The translations under genes and the position numbers were made by a program. Source: Candidatus Limnocylindrales bacterium (GTDB lineage Bacteria > Chloroflexota > Limnocylindria > Limnocylindrales > CSP1-4). Taken from it: a stretch of DNA of 59,696 nt. Shown here piece after piece: positions 1-13,045 of this stretch. The first letter of the stretch is position 1; the number at the start of each line of letters is the position of its first letter. The stretch lies in the NCBI GenBank assembly GCA_035717785.1, contig DASTIG010000133.1, positions 1 through 59,696 of the forward strand, read 5' to 3'. A model generated the notes under the pieces. It searched no databases. It was not told where the DNA came from and saw only the letters and a program-made list of their open reading frames with translations.

Positions 1-1
1 C

Positions 2-2428
2 AGTGGCGCGGCGGCCGTCTTCCCGGGATCGATCCTGGTGCCACCAGAAGGATCGGCAGGGCGAGGGTCACAAGCGGCTCCAGGCGACACGCGCCACGCT
101 CAGGGGAGCCCGGTCGAGCCTCCTTCTGGCCTCCGAACCCCGGATCCGTCTGGTGGGAGCAGAAACCCCGCCGGCAACGACCCGACTCTCTTCCGCGAGG
201 ACCCGCTCGCGCCGGTCACGACCATCCGGCCGGGCGGCCCGTCCGACGACGAAGGTGGCCCGGGCGACTCCCCGGCGAGCGTCGCCTGGCTGCGGGCGGG
301 TCGCGGTACCGGCTATCCGGGCCAGACAGGCCAGGGTCCCGCCCCGATCCCGATCGACGAGGAGAGCGGCATGACGCTGCCCCCACCGCGCAAGACCGAC
401 CGCCTGGGGCGCCCCAGCATGTGGGACCCGCCGCCGGACAGCCTGGCGCACAACAGCTCGGTGGCACGCGTCGAGGTGGAGGAGCCACCCCGGGCCCGCG
501 GCGGGTCGACGGTCGGGCTGTCGCACTGGGAGCGCTGGCTCGAGTTCTGCGCCCGCATCGACGGCTTCCCGCGCCACCTGTCGATCCACTCGGGCGGGAT
601 GCTGGTCACGGCTGCGCCGCTCATCGACATCGCCCCGCTCGAGCACGCCACGATGCCCGGTCGCGTCGTCGTCCAGTTCGACAAGCGCGATGTCGAGACG
701 CTCAAGCTGATCAAGCTCGACCTGCTCGGGCTCGGCATGCTCGCCGCGATCGACGAGACGCTCCAGCTCATCGAGCACGACTGCGCGGTCTGCCTCGACC
801 TCGATCGACTGCCCGAGGAGGTGCCGGAGGTCTTCGCGATGCTCCAGGCGGCCGATACGGTCGGGGTCTTCCAGGTCGAGAGCCGGGCGCAGATGCAGAC
901 GCTGCCGAAGTCGAAGCCGCAGAGTCTCGACGACCTCGTGGTCGAGGTCGCGATCATCCGGCCGGGCCCGATCCAGGGCAACGCCGTCCACCCGTACCTG
1001 CGGCGCAAGCAGGGTCTCGAGCCGGTCGCCTACCTCAACCCCAGCCTCGAGCCGGTGCTCAAGGACACGCTCGGCGTGATCCTCTACCAGGAGCAGGTGA
1101 TGCGGATCGCGATCGAGGTCGCCGGGTTCTCGCCGGCGGCGTCGGACGGGTTCCGGCGGGCGATGGGGACGTGGCGCTCGAGCCGCGAGATGGAGAAGCT
1201 CCATCGCCAGTTCGTCGAGGGGGCGCTGCTGCAGCCGGGCATGACCGAGGACGATGCCGAGGAGCTGTTCCGCCAGGTCTCCGCGTTCGCCTCCTTCGGG
1301 TTCGCCAAGAGTCACGCCGCGGCGTTCGCCCGGACAGCGTACGAGTCGTCGTTCCTCAAGCTGTTCTACCCGGCCCAGTTCCTCGTCGGGCTCATCAACG
1401 CCCAGCCGATGGGCTTCTACCCGGTCGAAGTCCTGGTCAACGATACGAAGCGCCACGGCGTGGCGGTCCTGCCGGTGGACATCAACGCGTCGTCGTACAA
1501 GACGACGACCGAGTGGGTCGGACCGGACGGGCAGCCCGACCCCGTGATCTCGTCGGGGTGCATCGTTCCCTCCGCGGCGTCGCGTGAGCGCTGGACCCCG
1601 ACATCGAGTGGCGGCTGGGGCGTGCGGCTCGGTCTCAGCCTTGTGAAGGGGATCGGCGAGCAGCACGAGGCGCCCCTCGACGCGGAACGGGGACGCGGTC
1701 CGTATCGGAGCCTGGTCGATGTCGTCGAGCGGACCGACCTCCCCGAGGAGGTGATCGAACGGCTCATCCGGAGCGGGGCGCTCGACTCGCTCGGGCGCCC
1801 GCGGCGCGAGCTGTTGTGGCAGCTCCGCGAGGTGGCCGGGGCCTCACGCGGGCGGATGGACGGTCGCACGGCGCGTGGCCTCGGCCGGGCGGCCGGCAAG
1901 CGCGGTGCGGCCGCCGGCCGGCCGATGGACCTGCGCCTGCCGGCGACGAATGTGCCACCGCTCCCAGCGATCACCGAGTCGGAGCGGATCGGCGATGCCT
2001 ACGCGGTCCTCGGGGTCGATGCACGACGGCAGGTGGTCGGGCTGTTCCGCGGGGCGCTGGATCGTCTTGGAGCGGCCACCAATGCCTCGCTCTCGGATCG
2101 ACGGCCGGGCCGGGTCCGGGTCGGTGGCTTGGTCGTGACACGGCAGCACCCGATGACCGCCAAGGGCACGGTCTTCCTGGCGCTCGAGGACGAGTCCGGG
2201 ATGGTCAACGTGACGCTCTGGCCGACGACCTGGGAGCGGCTCCGCGGTGTGGTACGCCGCCACGCGTTGCTGCTGGTCGATGGGGAGCTCCAACGCGAGG
2301 GATCGGTCGTCAACCTCGTCGCGCACGAGATCCGGTCACTCCCCGATGTGGCCGCCGAGGCCGGAGGTCCGGATCAGCCGGGAGGTGTCCGTCAGCTCGG
2401 CCATGCCGGCATGCGCCGGCTAGGGTGA
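2..2428 (+). CDS. dnaE2: Error-prone DNA polymerase DnaE2 (Pol III alpha family), 5' end cut by window edge
   Basis: The frame is open from nt 2, so the track's Met at 38 is probably internal. Conserved core FPRHLSIHSGGMLV, LIKLDLLGLGML, FQVESRAQMQ, IIRPGPIQG, YQEQVM. C-terminal OB fold ([29 protein letters not shown]). The first ~170 aa in the window are Pro/Gly-rich low complexity. Confidence 0.85.
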   Translation, partial: SGAAAVFPGSILVPPEGSAGRGSQAAPGDTRHAQGSPVEPPSGLRTPDPSGGSRNPAGNDPTLFREDPLAPVTTIRPGGPSDDEGGPGDSPASVAWLRAGRGTGYPGQTGQGPAPIPIDEESGMTLPPPRKTDRLGRPSMWDPPPDSLAHNSSVARVEVEEPPRARGGSTVGLSHWERWLEFCARIDGFPRHLSIHSGGMLVTAAPLIDIAPLEHATMPGRVVVQFDKRDVETLKLIKLDLLGLGMLAAIDETLQLIEHDCAVCLDLDRLPEEVPEVFAMLQAADTVGVFQVESRAQMQTLPKSKPQSLDDLVVEVAIIRPGPIQGNAVHPYLRRKQGLEPVAYLNPSLEPVLKDTLGVILYQEQVMRIAIEVAGFSPAASDGFRRAMGTWRSSREMEKLHRQFVEGALLQPGMTEDDAEELFRQVSAFASFGFAKSHAAAFARTAYESSFLKLFYPAQFLVGLINAQPMGFYPVEVLVNDTKRHGVAVLPVDINASSYKTTTEWVGPDGQPDPVISSGCIVPSAASRERWTPTSSGGWGVRLGLSLVKGIGEQHEAPLDAERGRGPYRSLVDVVERTDLPEEVIERLIRSGALDSLGRPRRELLWQLREVAGASRGRMDGRTARGLGRAAGKRGAAAGRPMDLRLPATNVPPLPAITESERIGDAYAVLGVDARRQVVGLFRGALDRLGAATNASLSDRRPGRVRVGGLVVTRQHPMTAKGTVFLALEDESGMVNVTLWPTTWERLRGVVRRHALLLVDGELQREGSVVNLVAHEIRSLPDVAAEAGGPDQPGGVRQLGHAGMRRLG

Positions 2429-2580
2429 TGACCATCCCGTCCACATGGCTGTCGTCCCTGGACGGCCGCGCGTGCGTTGGAGTCTGCGCTCCTCGCTCAC
2501 GCACCTAGAAGTGCGCTCGCTCGGGTGCTCGACTCCGCCTTCGCGCGGCCGTCCATGCACGACGAACGCAGTTGCGAACG

Positions 2581-3339
2581 TCAGCGGCGCGCGCCGGCCT
2601 TCTGGTTGGCATTCCTCGCACGCGTCCGTCCGTCCGGTCGTGTCGGCGCACCCGGGCGTCCCCGACCGCGGTTGGGGTTCGAGAGATACAGGAACCGCCG
2701 ATACCAGGCCGCGGTGGATGCGAAGAACGCGCCGACGATCGGCGACATCAGGTACGAGGCGAAGACCACGTCCTGAGCCTGGGTCTGGGTCTCGGCGTTC
2801 GGCGCAAGCCCGATATATCCGTTCAGGACGAGGAACGAGTAGGCGGTCGCGGCCACGAGACCGACGATCAGGCCGAGGAGCCAGCTCGCCCGCGGCGCCA
2901 TGAAGCCCGCGATGAACACGCCGCCGATCGCCGGCGTCACGATGAAGTACTGGAACAGGAACGTCACCAGAACCGGAAGGCAGTCACCCGGCCGGTCGAG
3001 TCCGCACTGAGCAGTGGCCAGGCTCTCCCCCGGTCGGACGACGATGAAGAGCAAGGCGCTGACGATCGTGAGAAGGACCGGGATCCACAGGGCCCTGTGC
3101 CGGACGAGGGTCGGCAGGGCGCGCAGGTCGGCGCGGATATCGAGCGGGCGGAACGCCTCGCGGAATGCGGTCGCGAACCCGCGACGCACCTCGGTGGTCG
3201 CGCCCGGAGCGGGCCGCGCCGTGGTCGTGGCCTCGACCTGCGGAGCGTCCAGGGCGGCGTCGTCGACGCCCGCGAGTGCCTGCTCGCTGCGATGACGGCG
3301 ACGGGCCTCGGCTCGGTCGGTCCTCTTGGCGCGGGCCAC
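2581..3339 (-). CDS. Hypothetical integral membrane protein (about 4 TM) with basic N- and C-termini
   Basis: ATG preceded by AGGAGA. Hydrophobic segments LWIPVLLTIVSALLFIVV, VLVTFLFQYFIVTPAIGGVFIAGF, LLGLIVGLVAATAYSFLVL, SPIVGAFFASTAAW. No family recognised. Confidence 0.55.
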   Translation of the reverse strand: MARAKRTDRAEARRRHRSEQALAGVDDAALDAPQVEATTTARPAPGATTEVRRGFATAFREAFRPLDIRADLRALPTLVRHRALWIPVLLTIVSALLFIVVRPGESLATAQCGLDRPGDCLPVLVTFLFQYFIVTPAIGGVFIAGFMAPRASWLLGLIVGLVAATAYSFLVLNGYIGLAPNAETQTQAQDVVFASYLMSPIVGAFFASTAAWYRRFLYLSNPNRGRGRPGAPTRPDGRTRARNANQKAGARR

Positions 3340-3556
3340 GGTCTCTCCTGGTGTGCATCGGGATGGGTCGACTGACGGCGCGCGTCATCGTAGTCGATGG
3401 ATGCGCACAAGGGCGGATGCCGCTTTGTGACCTCGAGTGCGTGGCTGGTGAGCCGCGGATTGCGCGGCGTGCGACGGCGGTTTAGTCCGCGTCGAGCGGC
3501 GCCTGCTATCACTTGGGGCGCGCCGCCGCCCGCTCGACCCCGCCGGGAGGTCACGC

Positions 3557-6500
3557 ATGCAACGCGTCCGGCGTGCGGCGGATGTCGCGCTCGCTCTCGT
3601 CGTCGCCCTGTGCCTATCGAGCGTGCCGGCGGCCACCACGAGGTCAGATGGCGGGATCGCTCTCGCCGCGGCAGTCGCCTGGCCGCCATCGACACTGGTC
3701 GTCTCGGAGGTCCAGACCGGCGGTGCCAGCGCATCCGACGAGTTCGTCGAGATCGCGAACCAGGGATCCGGGCCGGTCGACCTGATCGGTCTTGAACTGG
3801 TCTACGCGACGTCGTCGGGTTCCACGGTCACGCGCAAGGCCACCTGGGCGGCGTCGACGATCCTGTCGCCCGGCAAGCGGATCCTCGTCGTCAACAGCGC
3901 AGGATCCTTCGGCCCGATCGGCGACGCGGTCTACACGGGAGGGTTCGCCGCGACGGGCGGGGCACTGGCCCTTCGGGTCGTGGGCGGATCGGTCGTGGAC
4001 GCCGTCGGCTGGGGCGATGCGACGAATGCGTTCGTCGAGGGCGCGGCGGCCTCGGCTCCATCGGCGAGCACGAGCCTCGAACGCCGACCGGGCGGCTCGC
4101 TCGGCAACGGGATCGACACGAATGACAACGCGCTCGACTGGTTCGTGTCGACGACCCCGGGACCGCAAGGCAGTGCGGCGCCGCCGGTGCCGGATCCGGG
4201 CGCCGAGCCGACCCCGACGCCGACGACCGAGCCGACGCCGACATCGACACCGGAGCCGAGCGTGACGCCGCAGCCGAGCGTGGCGCCGCAGCCGACTGCT
4301 GACCCGACCCTGACGCCGGACCCGACCGCGGCGCCGACGCCCAGCCCCACGCCGACCCCGACACCCTTGCCAACGCCTGCTCCCATGGCGATCGCGACCG
4401 CGCGTTCGATGCCAGACGGCACCGAGGTGACGATCGCCGGTGTCTTGACCACCGACCTCGGTGCCCTCGAAGCAGGCCGGTCGGCCTTCGTCCAGGATCC
4501 GACGGGCGGCATCGCGCTGTACCTCGACGCGGTCGCAGTCGCACACGTGGCGATCGGGTCGACCGTTGTGGTCCGCGGGACCATCGACGACCGGTTCGCC
4601 CAGCGGACCGTGCGCGCGGCAGAGGCCGACATCGAGGTCACCGGCGGGTCCGCTCTCCCCGTCGTCCTCGGCTCGAGCACGGGCGCTGCGGGTGAGTCCG
4701 TCGAGGGTCTGCGGCTCCAGATCGATGCGCCGGTCACCGCCGGCCCCGACGCGCTCACTGACGGCACGGCCGTGACGATCGACGACGGATCCGGACCCCT
4801 GCGCATCATCGTCACGCCGGCCGCGCTGGCGGGTCGTGATCTCACCGTCGGATCGACACTGACGGCCACCGGACCACTTGGACAGCGCGACAGCTCGGGC
4901 ACAGGGGTCGAGGGATATCGGCTCTACGTGACGCAGGCGGGCGACCTCGCGGTCGAACCGCCCCCGACGCCCACGCCGCCACCCACGCCGACCGCGACAC
5001 CGACACCGGAGCCGACGCCCACGCCTTCAACGGAACCGACTTCGACGCCGATCGCGACGCCGATCGCGACGCTGAGCCCGACGCCGGCCGCGACCTCGAG
5101 CCCGTCGCCATCAGCCAGCCCATGGCCGGGATCGACCATCGCGGCTGCGCGGGCGCGGTCTGTCGGCTCGACCGTCGTCGTGCGTGGCGCGGTCACCGCC
5201 GAGGCGGGTCGGCTCGGGACACCGGCGCTGCTGGCGATCGCGGATGCCACCGGCGGCATCGTCGTCAAGCTCCCGAGCGGCGTGGTCCCGCCGTCGCGCG
5301 GCCAGATGCTCGAGGTCACGGGTCCGCTGGCGGACCCGTACGGCCAGCTCGAGATCCGCCCTGCGGCGGCCGGCCTCGTCGCGATCGGGACTGGCTCAGT
5401 GCCGGCTCCATCGGACCTGCCGCCCTCCGGACCGAGCGAATCGACCGAGGGACGACTCGTTCGCCTCAGCGGGATCGTCGCGACAAGCCCGACCAAGTCG
5501 ACGAGCGGCGATATCACGGTCACGATCGAAGACTCCGACGGCACCCGGATCAAGGTGATGGCCGATGCGTCGAGCGGTCTCGGGCAGGGATCGTTCGCCC
5601 GAGGTGCGCGCTACCGCATCGTAGGCATCTCCGGGCAGCGCGCCTCGAAGAAGGGTGTGCCCGACGGGTACCGGGTCTGGGCCCGCGACCGCCACGACGT
5701 GACCCTGCTCACCGCTGCTCCGACCGCGACGCCCGGATCCAGTGCGTCTCCCCGAACATCGGGCGCGACACCGACCGTCAGCCCGATCTCTACCGCGCTG
5801 CGGACGAACGGGCGGGACGTCGCGATCGAGGCGGTCGTGACCGCGCCCGCCAGCCTGCTCGATAGCACAGGCCGTCGGATCGTCGTCCAGGACGCCACGG
5901 GCGCCATCGAGATCCTGCTGCCCAAGGACGCCTCGGCTCCCGGCGTTGGCAACCGGATCCGCGCCGTCGGGCGGATCGGCACCGCCTACGGGGCTCCACG
6001 GCTCCGAGCAGCGTCGATCGAACGGCGCGGCTCGGCCACCATGCCCGCCCCGCTACGGATCGCCGGACCAGTGAGCCCGATCCATGCCTGGCGGCTCGTC
6101 GCGATCGGCGGGCGGGTCGACAGCGTGCGCAAGCTTGGCGACCGCTGGCGCGCGGAGATCGTGATCGGCGCTCAGCCGCTGGTCGTTGTCGGACAACCGG
6201 GCGCGCGAATCCCGAGCACGGCATTGGTCGAGGGCCGCTCGGCCGAGATCGTCGGAATCGTCCGACTGGCTTATCCCAGCGCATCCGACAAGCGCCCGTC
6301 GATCCTGCCGCGCTCCAGCGGCGACGTGCGCATGGGACCCTCGGCTGCAGCATCGCCGAGGGCAGGCACGGCGATCGGCGGAGAGATGACCGGGTCTGCC
6401 AACCGATCGGGTGCTGCCTCCGGCGGTTCTCCCGTGACCGCTGCCGACCTCACCGACCTGGAGAGCCTCGTTGGCTCGACCGTCCGCGTGGGTGGCTTGG

Positions 6501-7009
6501 TCGTCGACCTGCAACCTGACGGCTTCACTCTTGACGACGGAACGGCGACCGGGCGGATCGTCCTGGTCGGTCCAGCGGCCGACTGGATCGACCTGGTCGA
6601 ACCCGATGACGCGATCAACGTAACGGGCGTCGTGACGGTCGCATCGGACGGCATCGCCGCGGTGTTCGTCGATGACCCGGCGACGATCACGCTCGGCAGC
6701 ACCCTGGCTGGGTCGGGCGACAGCCTCGCCCCAGGCACCACGGACGCCCCGACGGGTTCGGGAGAGGCCTCCGACCTTCGGATCGCAGGCTTCGGCACGG
6801 ACGCCTCCGCCCTCCCCGGAGCCGGCGCCGGCGTGGCCGGATTGCTGGCGATCAGCCTGGCTTCGCTTGGAGCGGCCATCCTTCGCCGCCGCCACGCTCG
6901 GCGGCTCCTCGATGTCCGGGTCGCCGCTCGCCTCGCGGGCATCGGCGGGCGGTCGTCGACGCGATCGGAGCCGCCAGGCGACCCGAACGGGGGTCCGAGC
7001 GTGGCCTGA
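3557..7009 (+). CDS. Large secreted, membrane-anchored protein: signal peptide, lamin-tail domain (LTD), Pro/Thr linkers, about 4 OB-fold-like repeats, C-terminal TM helix
   Basis: GGGAGG RBS 7 nt upstream. Signal-like N-terminus [29 protein letters not shown] signature [19 protein letters not shown]...VDL.G..L....WGDA. Repeated modules such as G(T/S)(E/T)V(T/V)(I/V)xGV(L/V)T....G.....FVQD(P/A)TGGI. C-terminal [18 protein letters not shown] followed by RRRHARR. Confidence 0.75.
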   Translation: MQRVRRAADVALALVVALCLSSVPAATTRSDGGIALAAAVAWPPSTLVVSEVQTGGASASDEFVEIANQGSGPVDLIGLELVYATSSGSTVTRKATWAASTILSPGKRILVVNSAGSFGPIGDAVYTGGFAATGGALALRVVGGSVVDAVGWGDATNAFVEGAAASAPSASTSLERRPGGSLGNGIDTNDNALDWFVSTTPGPQGSAAPPVPDPGAEPTPTPTTEPTPTSTPEPSVTPQPSVAPQPTADPTLTPDPTAAPTPSPTPTPTPLPTPAPMAIATARSMPDGTEVTIAGVLTTDLGALEAGRSAFVQDPTGGIALYLDAVAVAHVAIGSTVVVRGTIDDRFAQRTVRAAEADIEVTGGSALPVVLGSSTGAAGESVEGLRLQIDAPVTAGPDALTDGTAVTIDDGSGPLRIIVTPAALAGRDLTVGSTLTATGPLGQRDSSGTGVEGYRLYVTQAGDLAVEPPPTPTPPPTPTATPTPEPTPTPSTEPTSTPIATPIATLSPTPAATSSPSPSASPWPGSTIAAARARSVGSTVVVRGAVTAEAGRLGTPALLAIADATGGIVVKLPSGVVPPSRGQMLEVTGPLADPYGQLEIRPAAAGLVAIGTGSVPAPSDLPPSGPSESTEGRLVRLSGIVATSPTKSTSGDITVTIEDSDGTRIKVMADASSGLGQGSFARGARYRIVGISGQRASKKGVPDGYRVWARDRHDVTLLTAAPTATPGSSASPRTSGATPTVSPISTALRTNGRDVAIEAVVTAPASLLDSTGRRIVVQDATGAIEILLPKDASAPGVGNRIRAVGRIGTAYGAPRLRAASIERRGSATMPAPLRIAGPVSPIHAWRLVAIGGRVDSVRKLGDRWRAEIVIGAQPLVVVGQPGARIPSTALVEGRSAEIVGIVRLAYPSASDKRPSILPRSSGDVRMGPSAAASPRAGTAIGGEMTGSANRSGAASGGSPVTAADLTDLESLVGSTVRVGGLVVDLQPDGFTLDDGTATGRIVLVGPAADWIDLVEPDDAINVTGVVTVASDGIAAVFVDDPATITLGSTLAGSGDSLAPGTTDAPTGSGEASDLRIAGFGTDASALPGAGAGVAGLLAISLASLGAAILRRRHARRLLDVRVAARLAGIGGRSSTRSEPPGDPNGGPSVA
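4181..4384 (+). repeat. Pro/Thr-rich linker-coding low-complexity repeat 1, including an 18-nt tandem duplication at 4265-4300
   Basis: Encodes [65 protein letters not shown]. gccgagcgtgacgccgca is immediately followed by gccgagcgtggcgccgca. Confidence 0.85.
4958..5121 (+). repeat. Pro/Thr-rich linker-coding low-complexity repeat 2, including a 12-nt tandem acgccgatcgcg x2
   Basis: Encodes [55 protein letters not shown]. Confidence 0.85.
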
Positions 7010-7090
7010 GCGCGACGCTCCGGGCGTCGTGCGGGGCTCGTGCAGGGGTGGTGCTGACGTCCGGCGTGCACGATTCGTGCGTGGCCACGC

Positions 7091-8035
7091 TTGACGCTCC
7101 CAGAATCGCCGGACTATCCTCCGCCCAGTTTCGCGCCAGCGAAGCAGGCACGTGAGCGAGGAGAGGTCTTGCCGAACGCGGATACCCGCGTCGACAGTCC
7201 CCGAGATCGCAGGATCGCGGTCCCGGAAGGGGAACGGCAGTACCACATCGGACTCGGACGGGGAGACCTGGCCGAGTACATCCTCCTCCCCGGGGACCAG
7301 GACCGGACGACCCGGATCGCCTCGCGCTTCGATTCGATCGAGCTCGAGCATCGACACCGGGAGTTCGCATCGGCCACCGGCACGTACAGGGGCCAGCGGG
7401 TGTCGGTCGTGTCGACCGGCATCGGCACGGACAACGTCGAGATCGCCGTGGCCGAGATCCTGGCGATCACCCGGCGGCCGACCTTCATCAGGGTCGGCTC
7501 GTGCGGTGCCCTTCAACCAGAGATGGACCTGGGCGACCTGGCCATCACCACGGGAGGAGTGCGACTCGAGACGACGACGAGCTGGTACGTCCACGATGGG
7601 TATCCCGCGGTCGCCGATTACGAGGCGGTCGTGGCGCTCATCGAGGCCGCGGAACGGCTCGGTCACCGCTACCACGTCGGCGTGACGGCGACGGCACCGG
7701 GGTTCTTCGGAGCGCAAGGGCGCCCCATCCCGCAGTTGCCCATCCGTTACCCTGACCTGGCGGAGGACATGAGGCGCCAGCGCGTCATGAACTTCGAGAT
7801 GGAAGCATCGGCCCTGCTGGTGTTCGCGTCGCTTGCCGGCTGTCGTGCCGGCGTCGTCTGTGCGGTTTACGCCAACCGGACGACTGGCGAGTTCATCGGT
7901 GGATCGATGCAGGACGCCGCCGAGGCGGCCTGCGTCGAGACAGGCCTCGAAAGCCTGCTGGTGCTGGCAGAGATGGATGCCCAGAAACGAACCGCATCGA
8001 CGGACCGCTGGCGCCCGTCGCTGTGGTCGACATAG
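7091..8035 (+). CDS. udp: Uridine phosphorylase (PNP/UDP-1 nucleoside phosphorylase family)
   Basis: Collinear with E. coli Udp as I recall it: YHIGL..GDL....LLPGD.DR, STGIG....IAV.E, R.GSCGA.QP, VGVTA, NFEMEASALL. TTG start at 7091. Alternative TTG at 7169 sits behind GAGGAGAGG. Confidence 0.8.
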   Translation: MTLPESPDYPPPSFAPAKQARERGEVLPNADTRVDSPRDRRIAVPEGERQYHIGLGRGDLAEYILLPGDQDRTTRIASRFDSIELEHRHREFASATGTYRGQRVSVVSTGIGTDNVEIAVAEILAITRRPTFIRVGSCGALQPEMDLGDLAITTGGVRLETTTSWYVHDGYPAVADYEAVVALIEAAERLGHRYHVGVTATAPGFFGAQGRPIPQLPIRYPDLAEDMRRQRVMNFEMEASALLVFASLAGCRAGVVCAVYANRTTGEFIGGSMQDAAEAACVETGLESLLVLAEMDAQKRTASTDRWRPSLWST

Positions 8036-8102
8036 CGCGATACCCCAGAGCGGGTACGAGACGAAGGCTCTCGTGACGCTCTACCAATGAGGAGGAAGCC
8101 CA

Positions 8103-8243
8103 ATGGCTGAGGCCTACTGCGTCAAGGACAAGCGCAAGGTCGAAGTCCAGAATCCACAGCGGATCACCATGAAGAACGGCAAGCCGGCCCTGCAGGGCAC
8201 TTGTCCGATCTGTGGCAACAAGGTGTTCAGGATCGGCGGCTGA
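8103..8243 (+). CDS. Small DUF5679-like protein (46 aa), absent from the ORF track because it is under 60 aa
   Basis: My translation: MAEAYCVKDKRKVEVQNPQRITMKNGKPALQGTCPICGNKVFRIGG. GAGGAGGA RBS 7 nt upstream, hairpin terminator just downstream, all codon third positions G/C-biased. Confidence 0.75.
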   Translation: MAEAYCVKDKRKVEVQNPQRITMKNGKPALQGTCPICGNKVFRIGG

Positions 8244-8266
8244 CCGCACGGATTCATCGACTCAAG

Positions 8267-8301
8267 GGGACGACCCCCGCCTCGATGGTGGGGGTCGTTC
8301 C
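8267..8301 (+). terminator. GC-rich hairpin after the DUF5679-like ORF
   Basis: GGGACGACCCCC (8267-8278) pairs with GGGGGTCGTTCC (8290-8301): 12 bp including one G-U, 11-nt loop. No clear U-tract. Confidence 0.5.
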
Positions 8302-8456
8302 ATGTCCGCCGCCGGGCAGCGGCTTCGGGGCCCGGCGGGGCCGTTCGGGAGCCGCAGGACCCTTTGCTAGAATGGCCGCGTTCCCCAGACCGGTTCCCCG
8401 CGCGGGTCCCGCGCTTGCACCAGCGGTCCGAAATCGACCGCCAGGAGGTCCCCACG

Positions 8457-9479
8457 ATGGCAGTCCGCGTCGGCATCAACGGCTTCGGCCGCATCGGGCG
8501 CCAGTCGCTCAAGGCCTTGATCGAGCGCGCGCCCGATGTCGAGGTCGTGGCGGTCAACGATCTCGTCGACGCCGAGATGAACGCCCTGCTGTTCAAGCAC
8601 GACTCGACATACGGCGCCTATGACGGCGACGTCCGGGCGGGCGACAGCTCGATCATCATCGACGGCCGGGAGATCAAGATCCTTGCCGAAAGGGACCCGG
8701 CCGCATTGCCCTGGGGCGACCTTGGGGTCGATATCGTCCTGGAGTCGACCGGCATCTTCACCGACGCCGATAAGGCCACAGCACACATCACCGCCGGTGC
8801 CCAGAAGGTCGTCATCAGCGCCCCTGCCAAGAACGAGGACATCACGATCGTCCTCGGCGTCAACGAGGACCGCTACGACCCGGCGAGCCATCACGTCATC
8901 AGCAACGCCAGCTGCACGACGAACTGCCTCGCGCCTGCTGCCAGGGTCGTGCACGACCTGCTCGGGATCGAGAAGGGTCTGATGAACACGATCCACAGCT
9001 ACACGAACGACCAGCGCATCCTCGACGTCGCACACAAGGATCCACGACGCGCACGGTCCGCCGGCCAGAACATCATCCCGACCACGACCGGTGCCGCGAA
9101 AGCGCTGGCCCTGGTGATCCCGGACCTGAAGGGCCGGTTCGACGGATTCAGCCTGCGCGTCCCGACCCCGACAGTCAGCGTCGTCGACTTCACCGCCACG
9201 GTCCGGCGGGAGACCAGCGTCGAGGAGCTCAACGACGCGTTCCGTGCCGCGGCCGCTGGCCCGCTCGAGGGCATCCTCGGCGTCTCGGACGAGCCGCTCG
9301 TGTCGACCGACTTCCGCGGCGACTCGCGCTCGTCGATCATCGACGCAGAGTCGACCATGGTGCTCGGCGGCGACATGGTGAAGGTCATCGCCTGGTACGA
9401 CAACGAGTGGGGCTACAGCTGCCGGGTCGCGGATCTCATCGCTTTCGTCGCAGCTCGACTGCCCGTCGCCGCCGCTTGA
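8457..9479 (+). CDS. gap: Glyceraldehyde-3-phosphate dehydrogenase, type I
   Basis: [16 protein letters not shown]-terminus, active-site [30 protein letters not shown] before the ATG at 8457. The track ORF start at 8364 is rejected. Confidence 0.95.
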   Translation: MAVRVGINGFGRIGRQSLKALIERAPDVEVVAVNDLVDAEMNALLFKHDSTYGAYDGDVRAGDSSIIIDGREIKILAERDPAALPWGDLGVDIVLESTGIFTDADKATAHITAGAQKVVISAPAKNEDITIVLGVNEDRYDPASHHVISNASCTTNCLAPAARVVHDLLGIEKGLMNTIHSYTNDQRILDVAHKDPRRARSAGQNIIPTTTGAAKALALVIPDLKGRFDGFSLRVPTPTVSVVDFTATVRRETSVEELNDAFRAAAAGPLEGILGVSDEPLVSTDFRGDSRSSIIDAESTMVLGGDMVKVIAWYDNEWGYSCRVADLIAFVAARLPVAAA

Positions 9480-9498
9480 TCGCGACCTGACCCCCAGC

Positions 9499-12844
<3,346 letters not shown>

Positions 12845-12968
12845 CACCGGCCCCGGGCCGACGGCGACTCCCGGACACTCTGCCTGCCTCACTCCCTCGT
12901 GATGCGCCTCGTGCATGCGGTTTTGCGTTGGCCAGGTCGCATGCGTCCGGTGCACGACGAGCGAGTGG

Positions 12969-13000
12969 CCCGGACATGCCGACACCCCGGACATGCCGAC
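12969..13000. repeat. Two tandem 16-nt direct repeats (cccggacatgccgaca / cccggacatgccgacg)
   Basis: Read directly in the intergenic space between convergent genes. 15/16 identical. Confidence 0.8.
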
Positions 13001-13022
13001 GCCCCGGGTAAAAGCCCGGGGC
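13001..13022. terminator. Putative bidirectional hairpin between the membrane protein gene (+) and rpsT (-)
   Basis: GCCCCGGG (13001-13008), loop TAAAAG, CCCGGGGC (13015-13022). No strong U-tract on either strand. Confidence 0.4.
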
Positions 13023-13045
13023 ATCGTTGGGCGCGGGACGGGCGA

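Noticed and set aside
68-1666. Long antisense or off-frame ORFs throughout the track, e.g. 68-1666(-), 9436-11127(-), 28756-30921(-), 38778-41486(-), 42650-44502(-), 47339-49225(-), 55659-58217(+).
   Set aside because: These are typical stop-codon-poor artefacts of GC-rich DNA. Their translations are Arg/Pro/Gly/Ala-rich without motifs, and each overlaps a confidently identified gene in another frame.
2671-2700. GGGGTTCGAGAG here, and GGGTTCGAGCC at 53934-53944, resemble tRNA T-arm sequences.
   Set aside because: No acceptor, D or anticodon stems can be drawn around them. The first lies inside a CDS, and the second lies in a 42-nt spacer running into the ATG of the S9 peptidase gene.
4181-5121. 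Short periodic repeats (ccgacgcc units) could have been a repeat array.
   Set aside because: They lie in frame inside a long ORF and encode Pro/Thr linkers. There is no repeat-spacer regularity and there are no cas genes, so this is not a CRISPR array.
6809-6905. LPGAG plus a hydrophobic helix plus RRRHARR at the end of the LTD protein resembles an LPXTG sortase sorting signal.
   Set aside because: The motif is not LPXTG. About 40 more residues follow the basic cluster, whereas sorting signals end within a few residues. A plain C-terminal TM anchor is the simpler reading.
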